DNA of 32,000 nt from Desulfotalea psychrophila LSv54 (lineage in GTDB: Bacteria > Desulfobacterota > Desulfobulbia > Desulfobulbales > Desulfocapsaceae), in NCBI RefSeq assembly GCF_000025945.1, contig NC_006138.1, positions 2,490,001-2,522,000 on the forward strand, given 5' to 3'. Below, in pieces: positions 7,484-16,657 of this stretch. The notes below the pieces were generated by a model, which worked only from the letters and a program-made list of their open reading frames with translations, was not told the DNA's origin and did not search any database. Position 1 is the stretch's first letter. Each line of letters starts with the position of its first letter. Made by a program: the position numbers and the translations under genes.

Positions 7484-8544
7484 ATGCGGTTTTTTTCTAT
7501 TTTTTGCTCTCTTTTTGCGGTGTTTCTCTATCATGCGCCGGCAAACGCAACAGCAAGTCAAGATATACGGGTCATATTTAGCAGCAATCTCCTGGGCCAG
7601 ATAGGTAATACTGGCTGAGCGATAAATAAGCTAGGCGGTCTGTCTAGGCATGCGTCACTCTTAAATAAACTCACTGCAGATTCAAGCAAGATCCCTATTA
7701 TTGTTGAATCGGGCAATCTACTCTTTAAAACATCCCAGAGTTCAAAAAACACTCTGGCCCAAAAAAAGGCGCGAAAAATTGCCCGTGCCTTTAGAAAGAT
7801 GGGCTATACAGCTATTTGTGCAGGAAGTTTTGACTTGGCTGGCCACTATGCCGAAAGCATTGCCTTACCTCAAAATTCACAGATGCCATTTATTTCACTG
7901 AATATTGTGGGAGATGGGGAAAAAACATTCTTTACCCCATATACCACGGTAAAGGCGGGGAATCTTAATATTGGCATTACCGCCCTGAGCAAAAAGACCA
8001 AGGGTAAAGATCGGTTACTGGTTGATTCATGGCGGGCGGTACTGAAAAAACAGCTTCCTCTTATGAAGAAAAAGTTTGATTTTATCATTCTCCTCTCCGA
8101 GCTTTCCACCAGGAGAACATGGAAATAGCCAAATTTTACCCCGGGATAAACGTTATTATTAGTAGTGACCCCAAAATAAATAATCTCTCGCCAAGCCTTG
8201 TTGGCAAGACACTTATTACCCAGACCAAGACCATGGGACAATATCTCGGTGTGCTCGACATAACCCTCTCACCAAAAATAACTTGGAAGAGCAACTATTT
8301 TGCCCTTAATAATCTGGAGCGTAAAAAACAGATAAACGCCCACAAGATAAAAAGCATGCAAAAACAGGGGGGAAGTCAGGCAGAGTTAGGCCTCCTGCAA
8401 GAGGAACAGGCAGGGATACCGGCACAGATGAAAAAATTGCAACAAAGACTGAAGCAGCAGAAGGGCTCCAGCTATCAGGTAGAATTTGTACCTGTTTCGG
8501 AAATGCTCTTCGAAGATTCCGTCGTCAAGGCTATCATCGACTAA
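7484..8544 (+). pseudogene. Disrupted gene for an exported calcineurin-like phosphoesterase / 5'-nucleotidase-like protein (in-frame TGA plus a frame break)
   Basis: A strong SD (AGGAGG 7474..7479) and the ATG at 7484 open a signal peptide, MRFFSIFCSLFAVFLYHAPANA. The frame hits TGA at 7616..7618 (codon 45) and continues in the same frame (AINKLGGLSRHASLLNKL...FDFIILLSELS). Near 8105..8110 it needs a -1 shift to continue as HQENMEIAKFYPGINVIISSD...AIID (stop at 8544). The layout (GG-x-R-x-A-x-L, DxIILLSxxG-like, PGI-x-VII) resembles 5'-nucleotidase N-terminal domains, but the metal-ligand motifs look degenerate. Confidence 0.55.
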
Positions 8545-8573
8545 CTTTTCACAATACAATCTGACAAAAAAAA

Positions 8574-8605
8574 GGGGGCTGATGCAATGCATCAGCCCCT
8601 TTTTC
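8574..8605. terminator. Bidirectional rho-independent terminator between the pseudogene (+) and ppaC (-)
   Basis: GGGGGCTGATGCA / TGCATCAGCCCC is a near-perfect GC-rich palindrome. It is flanked by an A-run (8566..8573) and a T-run (8601..8605), so it reads as hairpin plus U-tract on both strands. Confidence 0.75.
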
Positions 8606-8625
8606 ATACTACGGTCTAGAACTGA

Positions 8626-9555
8626 TTAACAACCAAAGGCCTTCTGTAAATTAGGAACGGTCTGCTTCTTACGACTCATCATTCCCTCAATCCACATGGC
8701 GCTCATCTCAAGTGTACCAGCAAAGGCACCCTCAATAAGAGCCGGATCATCGGAGAGAACAACCAGATCAGTTCCCTCTTTAACCACATCGGTAAGCATT
8801 AGCAGAACAGAGTGACGACCATCAGCTTTTACCTCTTCCATGGCGGCCAGCAGATCAGCACGAATGGAAGCAACCTGCTCAAGGTTGGCAAGCTCAAGTT
8901 GACCTATTCCTACCTTCTTACCGTTCATCTCAAAATCTTTATAGTCACGGAAGAGAAGATCTTTGGCAGGCACACCGTCAACCGAAGACTTAGCCTCAAG
9001 CATCGCCATAAAAAGCTCTTCAGTATCCTCAACTTTTGCCACAGCCTTAAGATCAGCAACGGCAATCTTATCATCCTCTGTACAGGTTGGGGATTTAAAG
9101 TTTACGGTATCACTTAAGATTGCGCTCAGCATTCCTGCCGCTACTGCCTGAGGAATTGCCACACCTGCCTCTTTATACATCTTGTTCAAAATAGTACCAG
9201 TACAGCCCACAGGCTCTGCCCGAAAAAGAATTGGACTGTTGGTGGTCAAATCACCAACCTTATGGTGATCGACAACAGCTACAACATTTGCCGTGGCGAG
9301 ATTAGCAGGTCCTTGGTTCAGATCACTAAAATCTACCAAAGCCACATCCTGTCCCGCCACATCACCGATCTCTTCTGGGGCCGCAAGGCCAAAGCGAGCC
9401 AAAAGCATAGCTGACTCGGGATTAAGGTCAGCTGCAGCACTTTGCATACATGCCTGAGCTTCCTGGCCCTGAGCGTTGAGCAGGGTAGCAAAGGCAATTG
9501 CAGAAAATACCGAGTCAGTATCAGGATTAGAGTGTCCTACTACGGAAATAGTCAT
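8626..9555 (-). CDS. ppaC: Manganese-dependent inorganic pyrophosphatase (family II, DHH/DHHA2)
   Basis: MTISVVGHSNPDTDSVFSAIAFA (DHH motif I/II region), VVDHHK (DHH motif) and a DHHA2-like C-terminus. I prefer the ATG at 9555 (GGAGG SD 7 nt upstream) over the ORF-track 9585. Confidence 0.9.
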   Translation of the reverse strand: MTISVVGHSNPDTDSVFSAIAFATLLNAQGQEAQACMQSAAADLNPESAMLLARFGLAAPEEIGDVAGQDVALVDFSDLNQGPANLATANVVAVVDHHKVGDLTTNSPILFRAEPVGCTGTILNKMYKEAGVAIPQAVAAGMLSAILSDTVNFKSPTCTEDDKIAVADLKAVAKVEDTEELFMAMLEAKSSVDGVPAKDLLFRDYKDFEMNGKKVGIGQLELANLEQVASIRADLLAAMEEVKADGRHSVLLMLTDVVKEGTDLVVLSDDPALIEGAFAGTLEMSAMWIEGMMSRKKQTVPNLQKAFGC

Positions 9556-9832
9556 GGGTGTTCCTCCAGTAAAAAATGAAAACAAAATAGGTTAAAAATC
9601 TACTTACAATATAAAAACAGAGCTCAAGGTCTGTTTACAATTTTTTCATTCCACTTCATAATTTAAAATAGTGGGTTAGAGGAGATGGGTCAAGGACAAA
9701 AAGTCATTTCCTAACTCTTCATACGTGTTTTCCTAAATCATATTTAAATCTTATAAAGATCCGTGACTTAAAAAAAAAATTACAGTACACTGCACAGGAT
9801 ATTTTTCAAATATAAAGATAAGGAATAGGTAC

Positions 9833-10765
9833 ATGGAAGAGCAAACAAAACAAACAGGAAGCACCTTTAAAAAGATAGGTGTTGCAGCTATTATCTCCCT
9901 CGCCATTATCTGCGCCATCGTCTGGTATTTTAGCAGAGAAACAGCAACTTCTCTGCAGGAATCGTCTCCGCTTAAGGCAGTAGCCACTGACATAAAGACA
10001 GAGGCAACAGATCAAGCAGATACAGTAGAGAGTTCAGTTCTCCTCGCTCCTGACAATATAGAGACCATTGCGGGGGAAAATATATCCCTCCCAGAACAAG
10101 TTGAAATTGCTGAAAAGCAACAGGCCAAGCCAGAAGCTCTTACCATTTATCAGGCCACAAGCCAACTGAACACCTTTTTCTCCCAACTCGATAAAGAGAC
10201 CTATATAGAGAAACGCCAACTCAGCCAGGGCAGCAAGGCTCATTTTAGCAAGCTACTGCAGGATATTGTCGACAACCCCCCCGTTATCACAGGAGAATCC
10301 GATGATCTCTTTACCCTTCTGCAAAATACGGCTCATTTCTATCGAGTACTTGGTGGGAAAAATATTTCTTTGATCAAAGAGGTATTAGATAAAGAGAACA
10401 ATCAAGTAGAGTCAGTAGCCGCGGATCTCTACCTCATCCTCCAACAGCCAGATACCCTTAAAGAGCAGTATGGGGTCAGCCTGCCCCCAACAGCCCTCTA
10501 CGACTATGGTTGCTTTTTTCTCAATACCTTGGGGGGAAGACTCTATATGTTTCGCCGGGATCTTGATCTACGCACTATTCTCAGCTACTATGCTCTCTTT
10601 TTTGTTCATCAGGCAGAGGAGAAGGGCCTTAACCGTCATGGTATTGATATTAGACCTTTTCTCGAAAAGACCATCAAAGAACTTGAAACCCATGGGCAAA
10701 ATATACAGAGACGCGATTACTATCTTGAAAATCTCTATATGCTAGAGAAAAACCTGGAACAGTAG
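9833..10765 (+). CDS. Hypothetical membrane-anchored protein (single N-terminal TM helix)
   Basis: 310 aa. The TM segment is IGVAAIISLAIICAIVWYF, followed by an acidic/Ser-Thr linker and a roughly 200-aa domain with no motif I recognise. The stop lies 4 nt before the next gene. Confidence 0.6.
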   Translation: MEEQTKQTGSTFKKIGVAAIISLAIICAIVWYFSRETATSLQESSPLKAVATDIKTEATDQADTVESSVLLAPDNIETIAGENISLPEQVEIAEKQQAKPEALTIYQATSQLNTFFSQLDKETYIEKRQLSQGSKAHFSKLLQDIVDNPPVITGESDDLFTLLQNTAHFYRVLGGKNISLIKEVLDKENNQVESVAADLYLILQQPDTLKEQYGVSLPPTALYDYGCFFLNTLGGRLYMFRRDLDLRTILSYYALFFVHQAEEKGLNRHGIDIRPFLEKTIKELETHGQNIQRRDYYLENLYMLEKNLEQ

Positions 10766-10769
10766 CCAT

Positions 10770-11456
10770 ATGGATAAGCTCTCACTCTCTTCTCAAGAAG
10801 CTTTTATTGGTAACAAGCAGTTACAGTCAATAAACAAAAGCCAAACAAGGGCAGGAGAAGAAAAAAATTCAGAGGAGGGGTCCCACCGAGACAGGGTAGA
10901 ACTCTCTGAAGAGGGCAAGGCTCTGGCCAAGGCAGGTATCGCCCAAGAGTTGACCTTTACTGACCTGCAAAAGGTACAAAAATTACAAAAACGGGATACC
11001 GAGGTACAGGTACACGAACAGGCCCATCTGGCCGCCGCCGGTGGTTATGCCCGGGGCGGTGCAAATTTGAGCTATGAAAAAGGCCCCGATGGCAAATCCT
11101 ATGCGGTAGAGGGTTCTGTTCAGATTGACACCAGTCAGGAAAAAACCCCTGAGGCAACGATTAGTAAGATGCGCACCGTTCGTCAGGCCGCCCTTGCCCC
11201 GGCAAATCCCTCCGGGGCCGATAAACAGGTAGCAGCTCAGGCGACAGCAAAGGAGCAGAGAGCCCGGGAAGAGCTTGCTAAAAAAGATAGGGAAAACGGT
11301 TCATTAGGTAAAGCTGCTGAGCCAGGGGCAGACAAGCATGGTGAACCGCTTGCTGAGTCCTCTAAGCAGGCAGCGCCCCCTCAGCATAGAACACGATTAA
11401 TGGTTCAGGCATATACTGCAACACCGGCAAATGAGTCGCTCTCTCTCATTGCCTAA
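10770..11456 (+). CDS. SprA-related family protein (putative metalloprotease-like, PF12118-type)
   Basis: QKLQKRDTEVQVHEQAHLAAAGGYARGGANLSYEKGPDGKSYAVEGSVQIDTS matches the conserved core (V-x-x-HE-x-AH...GG.A.GG...Y..GPDG+.YA..G.V.ID) I recall for the SprA-related family. No signal peptide is evident. Confidence 0.7.
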   Translation: MDKLSLSSQEAFIGNKQLQSINKSQTRAGEEKNSEEGSHRDRVELSEEGKALAKAGIAQELTFTDLQKVQKLQKRDTEVQVHEQAHLAAAGGYARGGANLSYEKGPDGKSYAVEGSVQIDTSQEKTPEATISKMRTVRQAALAPANPSGADKQVAAQATAKEQRAREELAKKDRENGSLGKAAEPGADKHGEPLAESSKQAAPPQHRTRLMVQAYTATPANESLSLIA

Positions 11457-11488
11457 ATCCCCTTCTAACACGATAGAACACAACAATC

Positions 11489-12802
11489 ATGAACGACTTC
11501 CGTCAGCATGCTCAGAACCTTATAGACTTTATCTCCTCCTCACCAACTGCCTTCCATGCCACCGCCACAATACGGCAGATGCTTCAGGCCAATGGCTTTT
11601 GTCAGCTATTCGAGGGAGAGAGCTGGGATCTCCAACAGGGGACAGGATACTTTGTCGTCCGAGACCAGGGAGCCCTGATCGCCTTTACCTTGGGACAGGA
11701 AGAGCGTCTGGAAGATGGATTTAGAATGCTCGGTGCTCATACCGACAGCCCCAGCCTTCAGCTTAAGCCTCACCCTCTTCATCATAAAAAAAGCTACTGC
11801 AAGCTGGCGGTAGAACTCTATGGCGGTGCCCTGTTGGCCACTTGGTTTGATCGTGATCTCTCTATTGCCGGTCGGGTACTCGTTCGTAGCGGGGAGGGGG
11901 AGTACCAAAAAATACTCCTTGATTTTGCTCGTCCTCTGCTCTGTATTCCAAGTCTGGCTATTCATCTGGACAGAGAGGCCAATAAGAACAGGAGTATTAA
12001 CTCTCAAAAAGAGTTGGAGCCGCTCCTGAGCCAAAAAATTAATGCGGGTCTTCCCGATTTCAACACCATCCTCAAAAAGCAGATAGAGAGGGAGTATCCG
12101 GCCATTAGCGTGGAGGAGATCCTCTCCTTTGATCTTTTCTGCTATGATCAGCAGAAACCATCCCTTCTCGGGCTGGAAGAGGAGTTTATGGTCACCAGTC
12201 GCCTTGACAATCAGTTAAGCTGTCATGCCGGTGCCAGAGCTATCATAGATGCAGGTTTTGCCAAAAACACCATGCTCCTCTGCTTTAACCATGAAGAAAA
12301 TGGCTCCGTTTCCACCAGCGGTGGCGATAGCTCTTTTGTTAATACAGTAATTGAGCGTATCATAGCAGAGCCTGAAAAGAGACATATCGCCCTGGCCCGC
12401 TCTTTTTTAATCTCCATGGATAATGCCCACGCAACTCATCCAAATTATCCGGAAAAGTCAGAGGAAAATCACAATATTGATCTCAACTATGGTCCTGTCA
12501 TAAAGATAAATGCTAACCAACGCTATGCCACCAGCGCCATAAGTGCCGGCATCTATAAGGCAATAGCCCGGGAGGCGGGTGTCCCCTGTCAGGAGTTTGT
12601 CATGAAAAGCGACATGCCCTGCGGCTCTACCATTGGCCCCATGATCTCAGCTCGACTCGGGGTAAGGACCATTGATGTTGGTGCGGCAAGCTTTGCCATG
12701 CACTCCATTAGAGAGATGACCGGGGTCAAGGATCCCTATCTTCTCTACCGGGTCGCAGCCCATTTTTTACAATCTGATATACACCATAAAATTCATGAAT
12801 AG
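11489..12802 (+). CDS. M18 family aminopeptidase (aspartyl aminopeptidase-like)
   Basis: 437 aa. LIDFISSSPTAFHA, GAHTDSPSL, NHEENGS, DNAHATHPNY and MHSIREM are characteristic M18 (DAP/ApeB) motifs. Confidence 0.9.
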   Translation: MNDFRQHAQNLIDFISSSPTAFHATATIRQMLQANGFCQLFEGESWDLQQGTGYFVVRDQGALIAFTLGQEERLEDGFRMLGAHTDSPSLQLKPHPLHHKKSYCKLAVELYGGALLATWFDRDLSIAGRVLVRSGEGEYQKILLDFARPLLCIPSLAIHLDREANKNRSINSQKELEPLLSQKINAGLPDFNTILKKQIEREYPAISVEEILSFDLFCYDQQKPSLLGLEEEFMVTSRLDNQLSCHAGARAIIDAGFAKNTMLLCFNHEENGSVSTSGGDSSFVNTVIERIIAEPEKRHIALARSFLISMDNAHATHPNYPEKSEENHNIDLNYGPVIKINANQRYATSAISAGIYKAIAREAGVPCQEFVMKSDMPCGSTIGPMISARLGVRTIDVGAASFAMHSIREMTGVKDPYLLYRVAAHFLQSDIHHKIHE

Positions 12803-13418
12803 ATTGCTTCATCTTATGCTGTTACAGCCTGTAATAATTCTCTTGTTCCTCTTGCTACCTGTCGCAGGGCAGGCTGAATTGCAACACTATGTCAAAAAAT
12901 ACCAGAGGGTCAACGTTCCCGAGGTTTTCCTTAATAAAATGGAATCATATGACCATCTGGTAAAATATTTTTCCTCTTTTGCCTATTTCGTTCCCCGCCA
13001 TCAGGTAAACCCCTATTTTATTCACGCCCTCATCCTTGCCGAGTCAAGTGCAAATCCACGGGCCATCTCTCCGGAAAAAGCATATGGTCTTGGCCAAATT
13101 ATCCTCTCCACAGCCAGGATTGCAGGACGTGAACTGGCAGACTCTGGTATAGAGTTTAAATATATCCGTGAAAGTAGACTGAAAAACCTGCGGAGAAATG
13201 ATCTCTTTAACCCCGCTATCAATATTCTCCTCACCTGTTACCTTATTGCAAAATATAATTATAAGTTTAATGGTCAGCTGGAACTGGTCATCACTGCCTG
13301 GAATGCCGGAGAGTACAGCAAATATCTCTATCATGGCAAGCACGCCCCCTATAAAGAGACAGAAAATCTTATTGGCAAAGTAAATGGCTACTATAACTAC
13401 CTTTTAAAGAACAGATAG
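12795..13418 (+). CDS. Secreted lytic transglycosylase (SLT domain)
   Basis: Signal peptide MNRLLHLMLLQPVIILLFLLLPVAGQA. SLT motifs are ILAESSANP (catalytic Glu), YGLGQI and AWNAG. The start overlaps the aminopeptidase stop by 8 nt (ATGAATAG). Confidence 0.85.
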   Translation: MNRLLHLMLLQPVIILLFLLLPVAGQAELQHYVKKYQRVNVPEVFLNKMESYDHLVKYFSSFAYFVPRHQVNPYFIHALILAESSANPRAISPEKAYGLGQIILSTARIAGRELADSGIEFKYIRESRLKNLRRNDLFNPAINILLTCYLIAKYNYKFNGQLELVITAWNAGEYSKYLYHGKHAPYKETENLIGKVNGYYNYLLKNR

Positions 13419-13538
13419 ATATCTGCTCTTTTTTCTGCTATTCTGTAGAATAGTGTTCCATATCTATGAAGAAGCAATGTGTTCATAATTTTATTCAAAA
13501 ATATCTTACAGGTGTAAGATTAGATTTAGAGGATATGC

Positions 13539-15224
13539 ATGAGTACCGATGACAAAAAAATCATCTATTCGATGATGAAGGTAAGTAAGTACTATGATGA
13601 CAAACCTATTATAAAGGACATCTCCCTCTCCTACTACTACGGCGCCAAAATTGGCGTACTGGGGCTCAACGGTTCGGGTAAGAGTACCCTGCTTAAGATA
13701 CTTGCCGGAGTTGACACAGAGTATAATGGTGAGACCACCCTCTCTGCAGGTCTTACCGTCGACTATCTCCCTCAGGAACCGGATCTTGATCCTGAAAAGA
13801 CCGTACGGCAAATTGTAGAAGAGGGGGTTCAGGGAACCGTTGATCTTCTTGCTGAGTTTAATGAGATTAATGAAAAGTTTGCAGAACCCATGACCGATGA
13901 CGAGATGCAAGACCTCATCGATCGCCAGGCAAAGGTTCAGGAAAAGCTCGACCATCTTGAAGCTTGGGACCTGGATAGCCGACTTGATATGGCCATGGAG
14001 GCTCTCCGCTGCCCTCCAGCAGATCACACCTGTGGAATTTTATCCGGTGGTGAGCAGAGAAGGGTTGCCCTCTGCCGTATCCTTCTTAAAAAGCCGGATA
14101 TTCTTCTTCTGGATGAGCCAACAAACCATCTTGATGCTGAGTCTGTTGCCTGGCTTGAACACCACCTGCAAACCTATGCAGGAACCGTTATTGCCGTAAC
14201 CCATGATAGATACTTCCTTGATAACGTCGCCGGCTGGATTCTTGAGCTTGATCGTGGTATCGGTATCCCCTGGAAGGGCAACTACTCCTCTTGGCTTGAT
14301 CAGAAGCAGAAGAGACTTGCCCAAGAAGAGAAGAAGGAGAGTGAACGTCAACGTACCCTTAAGCGTGAGCTTGAATGGGTAAAAATGTCCCCTAAGGGAC
14401 GGCGAAGCAAATCAAAGGCGCGTATCAGTTCCTACGAAAACCTTCTCTCCCAGGATACCGAGAAGAGAGCCAAGGAACTGGAGATCTTTATCCCCAGTGG
14501 TCCGCGTCTTGGTAAGGTTGTTATCGAGGCCAAGGATATTTGCAAGGGATTTGGTGATCGTCTTTTGGTTGAAAATATGAATTTCAGCCTTCCACCGGGT
14601 GGTATTGTAGGTATTATCGGACCAAACGGTGCCGGCAAGAGTACCCTCTTTAAGATGATTACCGGTGAAGAGGAGCCTAATAGCGGTTCTATCCGCATAG
14701 GTGAGACGGCAAAGATTGCCTACTCCGAGCAGGCCCGAGGGAAAAATCTTGATCCAGAAAGCACCATCTGGGAGGCCATCTCCGAGGGACAGGAGACCAT
14801 CTGGCTGGGAACCAAAGAGGTGAATAGTCGCGCCTATGTCGGCAAGTTCAACTTTTCAGGAACAGAGCAACAGAAAAAGGTAGGCCTGCTCTCCGGTGGT
14901 CAACGTAATAGGGTCCATCTGGCCCGAACCCTCAAGGAGGGTGGTAACGTTCTCCTTCTTGATGAGCCCACCAATGATCTTGATGTAAATACCCTGCGTG
15001 CCCTTGAAGAGGCCTTGGAAAATTTTGGCGGATGCGCCGTAGTAATCAGCCATGATCGTTGGTTTCTCGATCGCATTGCCACTCATATCCTTGCCTTTGA
15101 GGGTGACTCTCAGGTGGTTTGGTTTGAAGGTAACTACTCTGATTACGAGAAAGACAAGAAGGCACGACTTGGTACAGCGGCAGATCAGCCCCACCGTATC
15201 AAATATCGCCAGCTAACAAGATAG
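13539..15224 (+). CDS. ettA: Energy-dependent translational throttle protein EttA (ABC-F ATPase)
   Basis: 561 aa with two ABC cassettes (GLNGSGKST / LSGGEQRR / LLLDEPTNHLD and GPNGAGKST / LSGGQRNR / LLLDEPTNDLD). The N-terminus IYSMMKVSKYYDDKPIIKDISLSYYYGAKIGVLGLNG parallels E. coli EttA. Confidence 0.93.
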   Translation: MSTDDKKIIYSMMKVSKYYDDKPIIKDISLSYYYGAKIGVLGLNGSGKSTLLKILAGVDTEYNGETTLSAGLTVDYLPQEPDLDPEKTVRQIVEEGVQGTVDLLAEFNEINEKFAEPMTDDEMQDLIDRQAKVQEKLDHLEAWDLDSRLDMAMEALRCPPADHTCGILSGGEQRRVALCRILLKKPDILLLDEPTNHLDAESVAWLEHHLQTYAGTVIAVTHDRYFLDNVAGWILELDRGIGIPWKGNYSSWLDQKQKRLAQEEKKESERQRTLKRELEWVKMSPKGRRSKSKARISSYENLLSQDTEKRAKELEIFIPSGPRLGKVVIEAKDICKGFGDRLLVENMNFSLPPGGIVGIIGPNGAGKSTLFKMITGEEEPNSGSIRIGETAKIAYSEQARGKNLDPESTIWEAISEGQETIWLGTKEVNSRAYVGKFNFSGTEQQKKVGLLSGGQRNRVHLARTLKEGGNVLLLDEPTNDLDVNTLRALEEALENFGGCAVVISHDRWFLDRIATHILAFEGDSQVVWFEGNYSDYEKDKKARLGTAADQPHRIKYRQLTR

Positions 15225-15241
15225 CAGGCGTAAACTGAAAA

Positions 15242-15276
15242 TAACCATGGCCCCGTTCGGGGCCATGGTTATTTTC
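15242..15276. terminator. Bidirectional rho-independent terminator between ettA (+) and sdaA (-)
   Basis: TAACCATGGCCCC-GTTC-GGGGCCATGGTTA is a perfect 13-bp stem. It is followed by ATTTTC on plus and preceded by GAAAAT (a U-rich tract on the minus-strand transcript). Confidence 0.85.
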
Positions 15277-15288
15277 ATCCGGCCCAAC

Positions 15289-16497
15289 CTACTTATGCGT
15301 CTCAAAATATGAGGTGGCAAGACCACCAAGTGAGGTCTCACGATAGAGGGAAAGCATATCGTGACCAGTTTTTTGCATGGTCTTCACAACCTTATCAAAG
15401 GAAACTAAATGACTGCCATCGGAGAGTAGGGAATACTCTGCACAGGCAACGGCCTTTACTGCCGCAAAGGCATTGCGTTCAATACAGGGCACCTGAACAA
15501 GTCCTAAAATAGGATCACAGGTAAGGCCAAGATGGTGCTCCAGTGCCATTTCCGCAGCATATTCAATCTGTCTTGGTGAACCACCCATGAGTTGAGCAAC
15601 AGCACCTGCAGCCATGGCACAGGCCGTACCCACCTCACCCTGACACCCTACCTCAGCACCGGATATAGAGGCATTTTCTTTAACCAAATTGCCAATAATA
15701 CCAGCGGTAGCCATCGCATTTAAAATACTTCTCATACTATGGCCCTTTTCAAAAAAGTAATAGTAAAGAACACTTGGCAGGATACCGCAGGAACCACAGG
15801 TGGGAGCAGTAACCACAAAACCACCATCAGCATTTTCTTCAGCTACGGCTAGGGCATAACCGGAGAGGAGACCGGTACGTCCCTCGGTATCCTTTAACCT
15901 CCTGGCCTGAACCATAAAATCTCTGGCCTTTCTGCTTAATTTTAAACCTCCCTGCAACACCCCCTCTCTCTTTAAACCGGCGTCGATGCTCTCCTGCATC
16001 TTCATCCAGATATCAGCGAGGTAGCCTTCGACAAAGCCCTTTTCCTCTGTCTCTTCCACCAATTGCCAAATTGGTCTGCCTGAAAAGCTTGCCCACTCAA
16101 GAACATCTGCCATGGATTTTTGACTATAGATATGAGGCTGCTCACTAGCTCCTGCTCCCTCATCGCGCAACTCTCCGCCACCAATGCTAAAGGTGGTCCA
16201 CTCATCTATTACCTGGCCTGCACCATCAAGGGCCTCCAGTTTCATGCCATTGGGATGAAAGGATAACTCTTTATCAATCCAAACAATTTCACAGGGGATT
16301 GGGGCAAGGGCCGTAATGATGGCCTTATCAGTAAGATGGCCCTTACCCGTTAGGCTGAGACTGCCATAGAGGCTTACCCGATAAGATACTGCATCTTTGC
16401 TCTTGGCTTTAAACAGCCGAGCTGCATTGTTAGGCCCAATGGTATGACTCGATGAAGGCCCCATGCCATAGCGATAGAGATATTGTAATGATTGCAT
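15289..16497 (-). CDS. sdaA: L-serine ammonia-lyase (iron-sulfur dependent L-serine dehydratase), single-chain form
   Basis: 402 aa. YGMGPSSSHTIGP at the N-terminus, then TAPTCGSCGILPSVL, GAEVGCQGEVGTACAMAA and LGLTCDP are typical SdaA/SdaB motifs. Confidence 0.9.
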   Translation of the reverse strand: MQSLQYLYRYGMGPSSSHTIGPNNAARLFKAKSKDAVSYRVSLYGSLSLTGKGHLTDKAIITALAPIPCEIVWIDKELSFHPNGMKLEALDGAGQVIDEWTTFSIGGGELRDEGAGASEQPHIYSQKSMADVLEWASFSGRPIWQLVEETEEKGFVEGYLADIWMKMQESIDAGLKREGVLQGGLKLSRKARDFMVQARRLKDTEGRTGLLSGYALAVAEENADGGFVVTAPTCGSCGILPSVLYYYFFEKGHSMRSILNAMATAGIIGNLVKENASISGAEVGCQGEVGTACAMAAGAVAQLMGGSPRQIEYAAEMALEHHLGLTCDPILGLVQVPCIERNAFAAVKAVACAEYSLLSDGSHLVSFDKVVKTMQKTGHDMLSLYRETSLGGLATSYFETHK

Positions 16498-16657
16498 ATT
16501 TAAAATCCTTTATGTAAAAAAAGAACCAATGATATTTGACAGAGGGGTGGAGGATAAGTAAATCAAGCTTCCCCCTTCCTCTAAGAAAACGACCACAGAT
16601 GGCCTTGTCACTATTTTTATCCACTCAACCAATTCCTGCAGATACAAGGCGGCGCCC

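Noticed and set aside
8100-8128. Programmed -1 ribosomal frameshift joining ORFs 7799..8128 and 8119..8544
   Set aside because: There is no X-XXY-YYZ slippery heptamer at the junction (GAG CTT TCC ACC AGG) and no obvious downstream pseudoknot or hairpin. The same gene also has an in-frame TGA. Mutation or sequencing error is more parsimonious.
9615-9646. Terminator-like hairpin AAACAGA-GCTCAAGG-TCTGTTT followed by ACAATTTTTT on the plus strand
   Set aside because: No plus-strand gene ends upstream of it; the preceding gene, ppaC, is on the minus strand and starts at 9555. There is also a 4-nt gap before the T-run. More likely it is part of the AT-rich ppaC promoter or leader region, or a chance structure.
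13506-14027. 173-aa minus-strand ORF
   Set aside because: It lies entirely antisense to the strongly supported ettA gene and has no recognisable motifs. It is a shadow ORF.
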